DNA from: a bacterium
GTDB taxonomy: Bacteria; Patescibacteriota; Minisyncoccia; Phycocordibacterales; UBA2100
DNA: 64,000 bases
Direction: 5' to 3'
Assembly: GCA_038128225.1 (NCBI GenBank)
Contig: JAYPJF010000001.1
Location: 94,458-158,457 of the forward strand
Made by a program: the position numbers and the translations under genes. This document shows positions 38,012 to 47,699 of the stretch, piece after piece; within the stretch, counting starts at the first letter, position 1, and each line of letters begins with the position of its first letter. The notes beneath the pieces were generated by a model, which ran no database searches, was not told the origin of the DNA, and worked only from the letters and a program-made list of their open reading frames with translations.

Positions 38012-38623
38012 CTATGCTGCTGAAATTTCTACCAATGTCCCCGGGCGCCCTGGTACCGCTCCTGAAATAACAAGCGTGCCTGTATCAGTGTTTACTTGAA
38101 GCACCTGGAGGTTTCTCACGGTTACACGATCCCCACCCATGCGACCCGCCATGCGCATCCCCTTAATAACACGTCCGCCTGCGCGACCACCGCCCCCGAT
38201 TGAACCAGGTGCGCGTTCTGAGTGCTTGCGACCATGTGAGCGCATGTCTCCGCTGAACCCATGTCGCTTTACGACACCTTGGAAACCTTTCGCTTTTGAA
38301 ACCGCTGACACGCTAACCATGTCGCCTGGCGTGAACACAGAAAGATCCACTACCTGTCCACGGGTAAACGCTTCTGTTGTCTGTACTTCCTTAAGCGCAC
38401 GAAATACTCCGAGTTCTTTTGTGTGTCCCCGTTCAGGTTTGGTGCTATGTTTTTCTTTTTTATTTCCAAACCCAAGCTGCACTGCCTGGTACCCGTCGCT
38501 TTCCTGTGTTTTGAGCTGAGTTACGGTAAGCGGTCCTGCAGTAATGATCGTCGCAGCACGAACGTTGCCTTCTGCGTCAAAGATTTGTGTCATCGCCCCT
38601 TTGATACCGATCATGAATTTCAT
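38012..38623 (-). CDS. rplC: 50S ribosomal protein L3
   Basis: GIKGAMTQIF, KGFQGVVKRH, MAGRMG; start set at ATG 38623. Confidence 0.97.
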   Translation of the reverse strand: MKFMIGIKGAMTQIFDAEGNVRAATIITAGPLTVTQLKTQESDGYQAVQLGFGNKKEKHSTKPERGHTKELGVFRALKEVQTTEAFTRGQVVDLSVFTPGDMVSVSAVSKAKGFQGVVKRHGFSGDMRSHGRKHSERAPGSIGGGGRAGGRVIKGMRMAGRMGGDRVTVRNLQVLQVNTDTGTLVISGAVPGRPGTLVEISAA

Positions 38624-38721
38624 ATAAAAATTGCGCCAAACAACAATGGCGCCATGGCCATTGGTCCCTCCTGGGACGTAGCGTGCAGGCACTATACACA
38701 AAGATTTTTAGATTGCAAGTT

Positions 38722-39096
38722 TCACTGCCGTGAGAGCGCCCCGCCTTGTTCCATTTTGCGATATATGAAATACCCGAGCGCGAGAACTATTAGCACCAAA
38801 ACACCCAGTGCAATAGAGTGCCCCCCGCGAGATTGTTCTTGAGGCACCTCCGATTCAACAAACCCATCATTACTCTCAAACTCGGGCGTAGCAACCGATT
38901 CAGTAATACGTTCAGGCGTAATACCTGCCTCAACTGATTTTTTTGTAAGAGAAGCGACGAGTGTGTCAAAATCTCCCTGCGACAACCCCTCTGTGGTCGC
39001 CTGTTCTTGAAGGGCAGCGCGAATCTCAGCAGCTACACTGGCTTCTTGCGCGTAAACCGGCACCGCAATCACTAAAAACAAAAACGCAATGATCAT
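38722..39096 (-). CDS. Small secreted, membrane-anchored protein between rpsJ and rplC
   Basis: Signal peptide (VYA), acidic ectodomain, C-terminal TM plus RK; ATG 6 nt after TATACT. Confidence 0.75.
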   Translation of the reverse strand: MIIAFLFLVIAVPVYAQEASVAAEIRAALQEQATTEGLSQGDFDTLVASLTKKSVEAGITPERITESVATPEFESNDGFVESEVPQEQSRGGHSIALGVLVLIVLALGYFIYRKMEQGGALSRQ

Positions 39097-39138
39097 GCGG
39101 GAAGTATACCGCACGCGCGATCCATAACATCCCCTTAT

Positions 39139-39170
39139 CAACAAAACCCGCTTGCGGGCGGGTTTTGTTG
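39139..39170 (-). terminator. Terminator after rpsJ
   Basis: CAACAAAACCCGC-TTGCGG-GCGGGTTTTGTTG. Confidence 0.8.
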
Positions 39171-39190
39171 CGTTTCCTCAAGGAAACACT

Positions 39191-39532
39191 TTACATCATT
39201 TTTACGTCAATATTGACTCCTGAAGGCAAATCAATGTTTGTAAGTGCCTCAATGATCTTCGGTTCAGGATTCATGATGTCGATCATCCGTTTGTGAACTC
39301 TCATTTCGAATTGTTCTCGCGCGTCCTTGTGGACGAATGTCGAACGGTTCACGGTGTATTTACGGATATCAATGGGGAGCGGTACAGGTCCAACCACTTT
39401 CGCATTGAAGCGTACAGCGGTGTCCATGATTTGTTTGACTGCGTTATCAAGCACGCGATGTTCATATGCGCGTACGCGTATACGAAGCCGTCCTTGGGCA
39501 TCAGTCTTTTTTGTCCGCTTTGAAGCTGTCAT
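39191..39532 (-). CDS. rpsJ: 30S ribosomal protein S10
   Basis: GPVPLP, HKDAREQFEMRVHKR. Confidence 0.96.
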   Translation of the reverse strand: MTASKRTKKTDAQGRLRIRVRAYEHRVLDNAVKQIMDTAVRFNAKVVGPVPLPIDIRKYTVNRSTFVHKDAREQFEMRVHKRMIDIMNPEPKIIEALTNIDLPSGVNIDVKMM

Positions 39533-39577
39533 AGTACAAGCCACGAGACTCTAACGAAACACCTCGTGAAAGTCAAG

Positions 39578-40777
39578 TTAGGCAACAACTTTAGTTACTA
39601 CACCTGCGCCAACGGTCTTGCCACCCTCGCGAATAGCAAAGCGCTGCTGCTCTTCAAGAGCAATCGGGCCGACGAGTTTTACCTTGAAGGTAACCGTATC
39701 GCCTGGCATAACCATCTCGACACCCTCTTTAAGCGTTACCTCACCGGTAACATCGGTAGTACGCATGTAGAATTGCGGTTTATACCCTGAGAAGAATGGC
39801 GTATGGCGACCGCCTTCCTCCTTCGAAAGAATGTAGACTTCCGACTCAAATTCTGTGTGAGGAGTAATTGAGCCAGGAGCACACAAAACTTGTCCGCGAT
39901 GCACATCTTCCTTTTTTGTGCCGCGCAAAAGAATTCCTGCGTTGTCTCCAGCTTCGCCATGATCAAGTGATTTGTTGAACATTTCGATGCCAGTTACCGT
40001 TGTTTTTGCAGTGTCCTTGATGCCAACAATCTCGACATCAGCACCTACCTTGAGAACGCCGCGTTCGATACGACCAGTAACCACGGTTCCGCGACCCTCG
40101 ATCGAGAAGATGTCCTCAATCGGCATGAGAAACGGCTTTTCTTTGTCACGCTGCGGCATTGGAATGTACTCGTCGAGCGCTTTTACAAGTTCAAGTACTT
40201 TTTGTGCCCATGGATCGTCAACCGATGAAGCTTCAAGTGCCTTAAGACCCGAACCGCGAATTACCGGTGCGTTAGCGCCGTCAAATTCGTACTTGGTCAA
40301 AAGTTCACGCACCTCTTCTTCAACGAGATCGATAAGGTCATTGTCCTCAACCATGTCGCACTTATTGAGCCAAACAATGATCTTAGGCACACCCACTTGG
40401 CGAGCCAAGAGAATGTGTTCGCGAGTCTGTGGCATAACACCATCGGTTGCTGCAACCACCAAAACTGCGCCATCCATCTGTGCGGCACCCGTGATCATGT
40501 TTTTGATGTAATCAGCGTGCCCTGGAGCATCGATGTGAGCGTAGTGCCGATTCGGCGTCCAGTACTCAGAGTGGTGAATCGAAATGGTAATGCCGCGAGC
40601 CTTTTCCTCGGGCGCGGAGTCGATTTTATCGACTGCCTCAACGCGCGCACCATATCCTTGGTCCTTGGCCATATCCAAAACCCTAAGGATTGCAGCGGTC
40701 GAGGTTGTCTTGCCGTGGTCAACGTGGCCAATGGTGCCCACGTTTACGTGCGGCTTCGAACGATCGAAATCTGTCAT
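39578..40777 (-). CDS. tuf: Elongation factor Tu
   Basis: [40 protein letters not shown]. Confidence 0.99.
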   Translation of the reverse strand: MTDFDRSKPHVNVGTIGHVDHGKTTSTAAILRVLDMAKDQGYGARVEAVDKIDSAPEEKARGITISIHHSEYWTPNRHYAHIDAPGHADYIKNMITGAAQMDGAVLVVAATDGVMPQTREHILLARQVGVPKIIVWLNKCDMVEDNDLIDLVEEEVRELLTKYEFDGANAPVIRGSGLKALEASSVDDPWAQKVLELVKALDEYIPMPQRDKEKPFLMPIEDIFSIEGRGTVVTGRIERGVLKVGADVEIVGIKDTAKTTVTGIEMFNKSLDHGEAGDNAGILLRGTKKEDVHRGQVLCAPGSITPHTEFESEVYILSKEEGGRHTPFFSGYKPQFYMRTTDVTGEVTLKEGVEMVMPGDTVTFKVKLVGPIALEEQQRFAIREGGKTVGAGVVTKVVA

Positions 40778-40913
40778 AATAAATAGCTTACGGGACCGTT
40801 AGATACGAAAGCGCAAGAACATGCCTCTCGTCTCTAACGCTACCCACTTATAAACGAAGGCGCGTACTGCGCCGATCGTAAAAAAAGTGTAACAGAGTTA
40901 CAGTGCACGTCAA
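40778..40913 (-). promoter_or_regulatory. tuf promoter and structured leader
   Basis: TTGACG-16-TACACT (40913-40886); hairpins GGCGC/GCGCC and CGTTAGA...TCTAACG. Confidence 0.55.
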
Positions 40914-41080
40914 GAAAGACCTTCGGCACCTCGTTAATTTTTATACCGTATAAAAGCATGTTTCTACACCACTGCTCACATCGGAAGTGCACGCAAACTG
41001 TTGCTCCCCGCACTTAGCTGTCCTTCTGTTACTTTATAGGCGCACCGAACGATACGATGCGAGAAAGGTGTTTTGATAGG

Positions 41081-42253
41081 CTATTCCCCACCATGCTCCA
41101 TCTCTAGCGTATACAAGCCAGCACGATCAGGCACAACTCCATGAACAACCATATCGTTTGCAATATACGTATGATCCCCGCTAACGTATAAGTTATAGAG
41201 TTTCTGAGCTTCTTGCGTGTTAGGGATTACTTCAAGAGTTTCCACTACAAGTTCGCCATCTGCAAGAAGGATAACGTCTCCAACATCCAGCTGTCCAACA
41301 CGTCCTGCAAGCTGATCATATGCTTCAACTTCAGCCATTGACGGGTTTGCTGCTTTCCACCCTTCAGCGGTCATCACAGGGTGGTTGTCGGTCATAAACG
41401 GCTCACCTCCATTTATACGAATCAGGTGCTGTGGTTTGCTTTCCCACAGCATTGTGTGGTCGAGTGCAAGCACGACATTACTACCACCATGGGGAGCGCG
41501 CACATGGTCACCAACACGAATTTCGTAAATCGGTTTTTGCGAACCGTCTTCCATTGTCACCAAGGTTTCTTTAGTGAAACAAGAACAACGCCCGCCACTT
41601 GGGCATCCTGAAGAAGTGAGTGTGCCATTAACGCATCTCGTTACGTTCACACCGTTAACACTTCCAGTACAACCGCTTGTACAAATACTCACAGCCGATA
41701 CAGCACCATTGGGTACATCCCCACACGTAGTGGTACTGCAGACAATACCGTCTCCGGCACTATTTGCCTTACAATACCTACTTGCCGTGAGCGTACTGAC
41801 TTGTGGGTCTGTTTCCGTGTATGAAAGCAGTGGCTGGTCGGAGGTACACGTTACCTGTGTCCCGTTAGTGGTACACCACTTCCCACTTGTAAGCGTACCT
41901 ACCTGAGGGTCTGATTCACTTACTGAGGTGAAGTTGGTCCACCCCCCACCGCTGTTTTTGTATTCAATGACCCCCGCATTATCCCTGATACCGTATCCGG
42001 CCGATCCTGCAGTCGTACCAAAATTTAAGTATCGAGAGGCACCGGAGAGAATCGCGTTTCCGTATACCGCGAGCGAGTTTACACCAAGACCCGCGTTCTT
42101 GATCTGATCAGTTGTCCCAACATTAACGGGAGCCGACACGTTTCCATTTGGAGGTGTCTGCGTAGGGCCCGTCCAGGCATACACAACACCAAGCGTCGCA
42201 AAAATTACAGCTCCTGTTATGAACGACGCGATGTGTGAAAGGGGTTTGGGCAT
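41081..42253 (-). CDS. Secreted Cys-rich protein with C-terminal Hint (intein-like) domain
   Basis: Signal peptide then AWTGPT..PP.GN..AP; two E(S/T)DPQV.TLT...C repeats; Hint blocks CFTKETLV, MTDNHPV, LYNLYV...HTYIANDMVVHG. Confidence 0.85.
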   Translation of the reverse strand: MPKPLSHIASFITGAVIFATLGVVYAWTGPTQTPPNGNVSAPVNVGTTDQIKNAGLGVNSLAVYGNAILSGASRYLNFGTTAGSAGYGIRDNAGVIEYKNSGGGWTNFTSVSESDPQVGTLTSGKWCTTNGTQVTCTSDQPLLSYTETDPQVSTLTASRYCKANSAGDGIVCSTTTCGDVPNGAVSAVSICTSGCTGSVNGVNVTRCVNGTLTSSGCPSGGRCSCFTKETLVTMEDGSQKPIYEIRVGDHVRAPHGGSNVVLALDHTMLWESKPQHLIRINGGEPFMTDNHPVMTAEGWKAANPSMAEVEAYDQLAGRVGQLDVGDVILLADGELVVETLEVIPNTQEAQKLYNLYVSGDHTYIANDMVVHGVVPDRAGLYTLEMEHGGE

Positions 42254-42255
42254 AC

Positions 42256-43140
42256 TTATAGTTCACGCCAAAATGGCACAGCTCTAATAGTAACACTCTC
42301 TTCCAGAGTAGAATCGTCTAGACCTGTGCATGAAAGTGTGTATGTAACCGTGGCAGTAACCGGCGAGGATGTCTGGGAACCCGAAAGTCCACTCCACGCA
42401 TCACCATTCCCCGAAACGGTACACGAGACCGCGTCATCAGTACTCCAGGTGATTGTTGCCGTAGTACCTCGTACCAATAAAGACGGTGTTGCAGTGATCG
42501 TGCCGCCTGGGTCTGGTGCCGGTACACACGCACCGCTTTGACACTGGTAGCTACACACCTGCGGCGTGCCAGCAATCGTATCGATACCACATGACAAATC
42601 TTTATAGTGAAGCGTATCGTCAGTACAGTAGTACCCGTACGTCTGCTCGCAAGGATAATTTGCAGAAAAATCAATCCACCCCAGGTTTGTATCCCCCCAC
42701 GCCCAATCTAAAATCGCATTGCCAACCGCACTGAGACCGTAGGAAACCCCGTCAAGACTAACCCATCCATCCCACGCTCCATTTTGCGGATCTGAGGACG
42801 AAAGAACTTTCAACCACCCAGTCACTGAGCTCCCAGAAACTTGCGGAGTACATGGTGCACTAGGACATCCAGTCACATCAGCTGTTTGGGCGCTGATCCA
42901 ACCAACGTTCTCACTCCACGCATACCCAGAAATGACGCCACTTCCATTCATCGAGAGTCCGTACGAGACAGTACTGCATGTACCCAGGTCGCTGCAATTG
43001 AGCGAAATCCATCCAATTGTGTCGCTCCACGCCCACCCAGTTATTGCTTGTGTGCTTTGGGAAAATGCCGCGCGAGGTGCAAGAAACGATCCTGCCAGGA
43101 TCATACAGAACGCAAATGCCACAAGGAGCGAGTGCTTCAT
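42256..43140 (-). CDS. Secreted protein with GWAWS...GWI repeats and Ig-like C-terminus
   Basis: Four imperfect repeats (GWAWSDTIGWISL, GYAWSENVGWISA, GWLK...DGWVSL, DWAWGDTNLGWIDF); many Cys. Confidence 0.75.
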   Translation of the reverse strand: MKHSLLVAFAFCMILAGSFLAPRAAFSQSTQAITGWAWSDTIGWISLNCSDLGTCSTVSYGLSMNGSGVISGYAWSENVGWISAQTADVTGCPSAPCTPQVSGSSVTGWLKVLSSSDPQNGAWDGWVSLDGVSYGLSAVGNAILDWAWGDTNLGWIDFSANYPCEQTYGYYCTDDTLHYKDLSCGIDTIAGTPQVCSYQCQSGACVPAPDPGGTITATPSLLVRGTTATITWSTDDAVSCTVSGNGDAWSGLSGSQTSSPVTATVTYTLSCTGLDDSTLEESVTIRAVPFWREL

Positions 43141-43514
43141 AGATCAGTTAAACGCACAGAGCTGAGGATTTGGAGTTTTTCTTCCTCAGACATGTTTTGT
43201 GACGGGCTTCCGCTGACTTGCTCAAGAACCTCGAGTTTTTCAACCTCGGATAGTGCCGAGGGCTGTGTCGTCTCTTGTACCGCACGAAGTATTTCTTCTT
43301 TGTTCAAAACACCTCCCTCGTCGTCACCAAGCGCGTCATGCGGTTCAAAAACGGGGGCTGTGTTTACCTGCGACCCTGAAAAAAAATAAAACGCAAAAAA
43401 GAGCAGCACGCCTGCAAGCGCAAATCCGATACTAAACTCAAGTATCGGATGGAATGCGCGTTCCCCGCGCAAAAAACGTACCCACGCACTCTCTGTGGGA
43501 ACTTGCTCACTCAT
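43137..43514 (-). CDS. Single-TM hypothetical protein with acidic helical repeats
   Basis: One TM segment; LSEVEKLEVLEQV and MSEEEKLQILSSV repeats; ATG 6 nt after TATACT; overlaps the start of the next gene. Confidence 0.7.
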   Translation of the reverse strand: MSEQVPTESAWVRFLRGERAFHPILEFSIGFALAGVLLFFAFYFFSGSQVNTAPVFEPHDALGDDEGGVLNKEEILRAVQETTQPSALSEVEKLEVLEQVSGSPSQNMSEEEKLQILSSVRLTDL

Positions 43515-43572
43515 GTCGGCAGTATACTACTCCCGAAGCGAAGACGAGCGAGCCCTTGTGGATGAAAATGAT

Positions 43573-45717
43573 TTACTTCCGACTTGCCATTACTTCATCA
43601 GCAACGTTTCGTGGAACAACCGCGTAGTGATCAAATTCCATAGTTGAGTTTGCACGACCTTCGGTCATAGAGCGAAGCACTGTTGTGTACCCAAACATTT
43701 CTGAGAGCGGTACGTGTGCCGTGATTACCTTGAGTCCCCCAGTACGATCATCGATTGACTGAATTGAGCCGCGTTTACCATTGAGATTGCCCGTAACATC
43801 ACCCATAAATTTTTCCGGTGTTACGACTTCGATTTTCATAATAGGCTCGAGAAGTGCTGGCTTGGCAGATCGCACTGCTTCTTGAAATGCCTGCGAAGCA
43901 GCGATTTTGAAGGCGATTTCTGATGAGTCGACTTCGTGGTATGTACCATCAAACAATTCGACTGAAATATCCACGACTGGATACCCTGCAAGCACACCGC
44001 GCCCCATCGCTTCGCGTACACCTTTCTGCACTGCGGGAATATATTCGTTCGGAATAACACCACCTTTAATGTTGTTGATGAATTCGAAATGATCTTCGCG
44101 CGTGACGCTATGCGGGATTTTTGCACCTTCCTCTAACGGTTCCAGCGGCTTCACGCGGATCTTTACGTGGCCATATTGGCCCTTACCACCAGTCTGCTTG
44201 ATGTATTTGTTTTCGATCTCAGCGTTGCCTTGAATGGTTTCGCGATACGCAACCTGTGGTTTGCCAAGCGTTGCCTCAACACCAAATTCTCGGCGCATAC
44301 GGTCAACAATAATATCGAGGTGTAACTCACCCATTCCCGCAACAAGCGTGTCGCCTGTTTCTTCATCCGAATACACACGGAATGTTGGATCTTCGTCACC
44401 AAGTTTGGCAAGCGCCATACCCATTTTTTCTTGGTCGTTCTTAGTTTTAGGCTCGATACGAGCTGAAAGAACTGGTTCGCGGAATTTAATTTGTTCGAGA
44501 ATAATTGGACTCTTCTCATCACAGATTGTATGACCGATTTTTGCCTCTTTTGCTCCAACGAGTGCAGCAATTTCTCCCGTGAACACCTTTTTTATTTCTT
44601 CTCGCTTGTCTGCCTGAAGGCGAACAATACGTCCAACTCGCTCCTTTGTTCCGTTCGATGCATTGTACACATAACTCCCTGCTTCAAGGGTGCCTGAATA
44701 GACGCGGAAGAACGAAAGTTGCCCCACGAACGGGTCAGCCTGGAGTTTAAAGACGAGCGCGGCAAAAGGTTCTGCGTCTGATGGGCCGCGAGTAATCTCT
44801 TCGCCAGTGTCAGGATTTACTCCCTTAGCTGCAGGAAGATCGAGAGGACAAGGAAGATAGTCAACGACGGCATCGAGCACTAACTGGACTCCTTTGTTTT
44901 TGAGCGCCGTCCCACACAAGACAGGGAATATTTTGTTCGCAATGACTGCCTTACGCAGCGTAGTCTTAAGTTCTGAAAGTGACGGCTCCTTACCTTCAAG
45001 GTATGCACTCATCAGACCCTCATCGTGTTCGACGATCGCTTCGATTAATTCCGCGCGGTACTTACCCGCGTCCGCCTTGAAAGCCTCTGGAATTGGCCCC
45101 GCAATAACCTCTTTACCTTTATCCCCCGCAAAGGTGTATGCCTGCATCGTCAAAAGATCAATAACACCTTCCATTGCATCCTCTTCTCCCATAGGAAGTT
45201 GTGTGCGAATTGCGTTTTTAGACAAGCGATCTTTGATCATTCCGTATGAGCGTTCAAAAGAAGCGCCGGTGCGATCAAGTTTATTCACAAAACAAAGCCG
45301 TGGCACATTCGCGTCTTCCGCATAGCGCCAGTTAGTTTCTGTCTGAGGCTCAACTCCCGCGACACCGTCAAATACGACAACGGCGCCGTCTAGCACACGC
45401 ATTGAACGCTGCACTTCTGAGGTGAAGTCAATGTGTCCCGGAGTATCGATGATATTGAAACGGTGCTTGTTAGAAGTGTCAGCACCCATGTATGTTGGGT
45501 TCCAGAAACACGTGATTGCAGCAGCGGTGATGGTAATGCCGCGCTCGCGCTCCTGCTCCATCCAGTCGGTCACTGTAGCACCCTCGTGCACCTCTCCGAT
45601 TTTATGGCTTTCGCCAGTGTAGAAAAGAATGCGCTCCGATGTGGTTGTTTTTCCCGCATCAATGTGGGCGATAATACCGAAGTTGCGGACTTTCTCGAGT
45701 GGGTAGTCGCGGTTCAT
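43573..45717 (-). CDS. fusA: Elongation factor G
   Basis: AHIDAGKTT, DTPGHIDF, GMGELHLDI. Confidence 0.99.
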   Translation of the reverse strand: MNRDYPLEKVRNFGIIAHIDAGKTTTSERILFYTGESHKIGEVHEGATVTDWMEQERERGITITAAAITCFWNPTYMGADTSNKHRFNIIDTPGHIDFTSEVQRSMRVLDGAVVVFDGVAGVEPQTETNWRYAEDANVPRLCFVNKLDRTGASFERSYGMIKDRLSKNAIRTQLPMGEEDAMEGVIDLLTMQAYTFAGDKGKEVIAGPIPEAFKADAGKYRAELIEAIVEHDEGLMSAYLEGKEPSLSELKTTLRKAVIANKIFPVLCGTALKNKGVQLVLDAVVDYLPCPLDLPAAKGVNPDTGEEITRGPSDAEPFAALVFKLQADPFVGQLSFFRVYSGTLEAGSYVYNASNGTKERVGRIVRLQADKREEIKKVFTGEIAALVGAKEAKIGHTICDEKSPIILEQIKFREPVLSARIEPKTKNDQEKMGMALAKLGDEDPTFRVYSDEETGDTLVAGMGELHLDIIVDRMRREFGVEATLGKPQVAYRETIQGNAEIENKYIKQTGGKGQYGHVKIRVKPLEPLEEGAKIPHSVTREDHFEFINNIKGGVIPNEYIPAVQKGVREAMGRGVLAGYPVVDISVELFDGTYHEVDSSEIAFKIAASQAFQEAVRSAKPALLEPIMKIEVVTPEKFMGDVTGNLNGKRGSIQSIDDRTGGLKVITAHVPLSEMFGYTTVLRSMTEGRANSTMEFDHYAVVPRNVADEVMASRK

Positions 45718-45729
45718 AGGAGGCCTATA

Positions 45730-46191
45730 CTACCACGCAAAGTGAGCAAACGCTTTGTTTGCTTCCGCCATTTTGTGCATATTATCTTTTTTAGCAATTG
45801 CCGCCCCTTCATTGTTGCGCGCTTGGAGAATTTCTTGCGCAAGCTGCTTTCCCATAGGTATCCCTTTTGCCGCTTCTGCAGTTTGTACTATCCACCGAAG
45901 CGCGAGTGCGAGCTGGCGTTCCGGACGAACAGGAACTGGAACTTGGTAGTTTGCGCCACCAACACGACGTGACCGTACTTCAAGATTTGGTTGCACATTT
46001 TGGAGTGCTTCCTCAAAAATCGCTACCGGATCTCCTTCTTTTTTCATTTCTTCAAACGCTGCATACACTACTTTTCGCGCAGTATCTTTCTTACCGCGCT
46101 CCATCACGTAATTGATGAGTTTGGCAACACGAACCGATTTATATCTCGGGTCTGGTGCGGTGGTAGGTTTTTTCTTAAGCGGACGTCGCAT
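45730..46191 (-). CDS. rpsG: 30S ribosomal protein S7
   Basis: RSRRVGGANYQVP, HKMAEANKAFAHF. Confidence 0.98.
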   Translation of the reverse strand: MRRPLKKKPTTAPDPRYKSVRVAKLINYVMERGKKDTARKVVYAAFEEMKKEGDPVAIFEEALQNVQPNLEVRSRRVGGANYQVPVPVRPERQLALALRWIVQTAEAAKGIPMGKQLAQEILQARNNEGAAIAKKDNMHKMAEANKAFAHFAW

Positions 46192-46193
46192 AA

Positions 46194-46604
46194 TTAGTTT
46201 TTAGGTTTCTTTGCTCCATAGCGCGAGCGGCCGCGGCGGCGTGCATCAACTCCCGTTGCATCAAGTTTACCGCGCACGATAGTGTATCGGAGTCCGATGT
46301 CTTTTACACGACCTCCTCGAAGAAGCACGACCGAGTGCTCTTGGAGCGCGTGTTTCTCACCAGGGATATACGCCGTTACTTCTTGCTGGTTTGTAAGGCG
46401 CACGCGAGCGATTTTTCGAATAGCTGAGTTAGGTTTTCGAGGAGTTTTTGTAGTTACCTTCACACACACCCCACGCTTAAAAGGCGCCGGGTAAAATGTT
46501 GGGCGGTTCTGAATAGTATTAAAACCACGGCGCAGTGCAGTAGTTTTCGATTTAGAAATCTTATCCTTGCGGGATTTTCGTACGAGCTGATTGATTGTTG
46601 CCAT
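46194..46604 (-). CDS. rpsL: 30S ribosomal protein S12
   Basis: [22 protein letters not shown]. Confidence 0.98.
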   Translation of the reverse strand: MATINQLVRKSRKDKISKSKTTALRRGFNTIQNRPTFYPAPFKRGVCVKVTTKTPRKPNSAIRKIARVRLTNQQEVTAYIPGEKHALQEHSVVLLRGGRVKDIGLRYTIVRGKLDATGVDARRRGRSRYGAKKPKN

Positions 46605-46660
46605 AGCAAAAATGCGCCAAAGCGCGCTGCGAGTGTACTATGCAATTTCTTGGCGCGCAA
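46602..46660 (-). promoter_or_regulatory. rpsL promoter and leader (25 nt identical to the rpsS start region)
   Basis: TTGCGC-17-TACACT; CATAGCAAAAATGCGCCAAAGCGCG at 46602-46626 equals 35984-36008. Confidence 0.75.
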
Positions 46661-46670
46661 GACCCTCCTC

Positions 46671-47060
46671 TTACTCGACCACGTGAACAACGCCGGTGTA
46701 GTAAGAGCGAATATGGTCATGGAGTCCCCATGTTCCGACTTTATCAAACGTGAACTGCCACATCTCATCTGATTCCAGAGGTCGCCCTGGATCAAATTCG
46801 GGATAAATCTCGTGAGCAGGATGTAAGTCAGACGCAGGCCAATGCTGGGATTTGTTTTCAGACCGAAAAGTGACTGTAGTATTTTTTCTAATCGTTATTT
46901 CTCGAGGTTCGTACCCTTCTGCAGTAAGCACAACGGTTGCGGTGCCCGAAAGTATTGTTGGAAATTCTGTTTTTTCTGCACGAGAGTAAAACCACCACGC
47001 CAATAACATCGCCACGCAAACAAGCACGCCACCTCCGACGAGCATCATTCTCTTGCTCAT
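46671..47060 (-). CDS. Membrane-anchored cupredoxin-fold protein with His-rich site
   Basis: YEPREITI...TVTF...HWPASDLHPAH...FTFDKVGTWGLHDH...G.V.V. Confidence 0.75.
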   Translation of the reverse strand: MSKRMMLVGGGVLVCVAMLLAWWFYSRAEKTEFPTILSGTATVVLTAEGYEPREITIRKNTTVTFRSENKSQHWPASDLHPAHEIYPEFDPGRPLESDEMWQFTFDKVGTWGLHDHIRSYYTGVVHVVE

Positions 47061-47680
47061 ACACCCAAAAGCGCCCGACTTAAACTAAAAACAAGGGTGC
47101 TGAGCACACTGCCAAAGACCATCACAAATACGATAACAAGACCAAATCCAAGAAACGGATTCCACTCAAGCTGGGTTCGCAATCTTTCATACGATTGCGC
47201 AAATGGCTCGGGCAGTAGCGCTGCAAGAATTTTCGAACCATCGAGAGGTGGGATCGGGACCAGGTTGAACAATGCGAGCATAACGTTCATCGTGACCACT
47301 GAAAATAGAAAATCAGCTGCTTCAATGCCAATACCGAGACGCAGCACGAGTGCTAACCCAAGCGCGATTGCGATATTTGCACCCGGGCCCGCAGCCGCAA
47401 CCAGCATCTCCGCCCACCGCCCTCCTTTCTTTAAATTGTATGGATTATATGGAACTGGCTTAGCCCACCCAATGAGTATCGGAGAGCTCGTGAGCACCAG
47501 TATCGCGGGAAGAAGCACTGACCCGAACGGGTCGACATGATTGATCGGATTAAGGGTGAGTCTTCCCTCGTAGCGCGCTGTTGGGTCGCCCAGGTAATCA
47601 GCCATCCACCCATGCGCTACTTCGTGGAAAACGACTGACATGACCAAGGCTGCGATGAGCAGCACAACGGCAATTTCCAT
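47057..47680 (-). CDS. Site-2 protease (M50 family)
   Basis: HEVAH, GRLTLNP, AGP, FNLVPIPPLDG. Confidence 0.93.
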   Translation of the reverse strand: MEIAVVLLIAALVMSVVFHEVAHGWMADYLGDPTARYEGRLTLNPINHVDPFGSVLLPAILVLTSSPILIGWAKPVPYNPYNLKKGGRWAEMLVAAAGPGANIAIALGLALVLRLGIGIEAADFLFSVVTMNVMLALFNLVPIPPLDGSKILAALLPEPFAQSYERLRTQLEWNPFLGFGLVIVFVMVFGSVLSTLVFSLSRALLGV

Positions 47681-47699
47681 CGCTAAATCCTACCACGTC

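Noticed and set aside
41081-41095. C-terminal GGE of the Hint protein as a Pup-like tag
   Set aside because: A three-residue match on a secreted protein with no pafA or dop nearby; probably chance
41135-41581. Canonical splicing intein
   Set aside because: No terminal Asn/Gln plus Cys/Ser/Thr, no endonuclease domain, and not embedded in a conserved host protein
45718-45729. Anti-SD-like CCTCCT directly before the fusA ATG
   Set aside because: Single short occurrence; cannot be distinguished from chance
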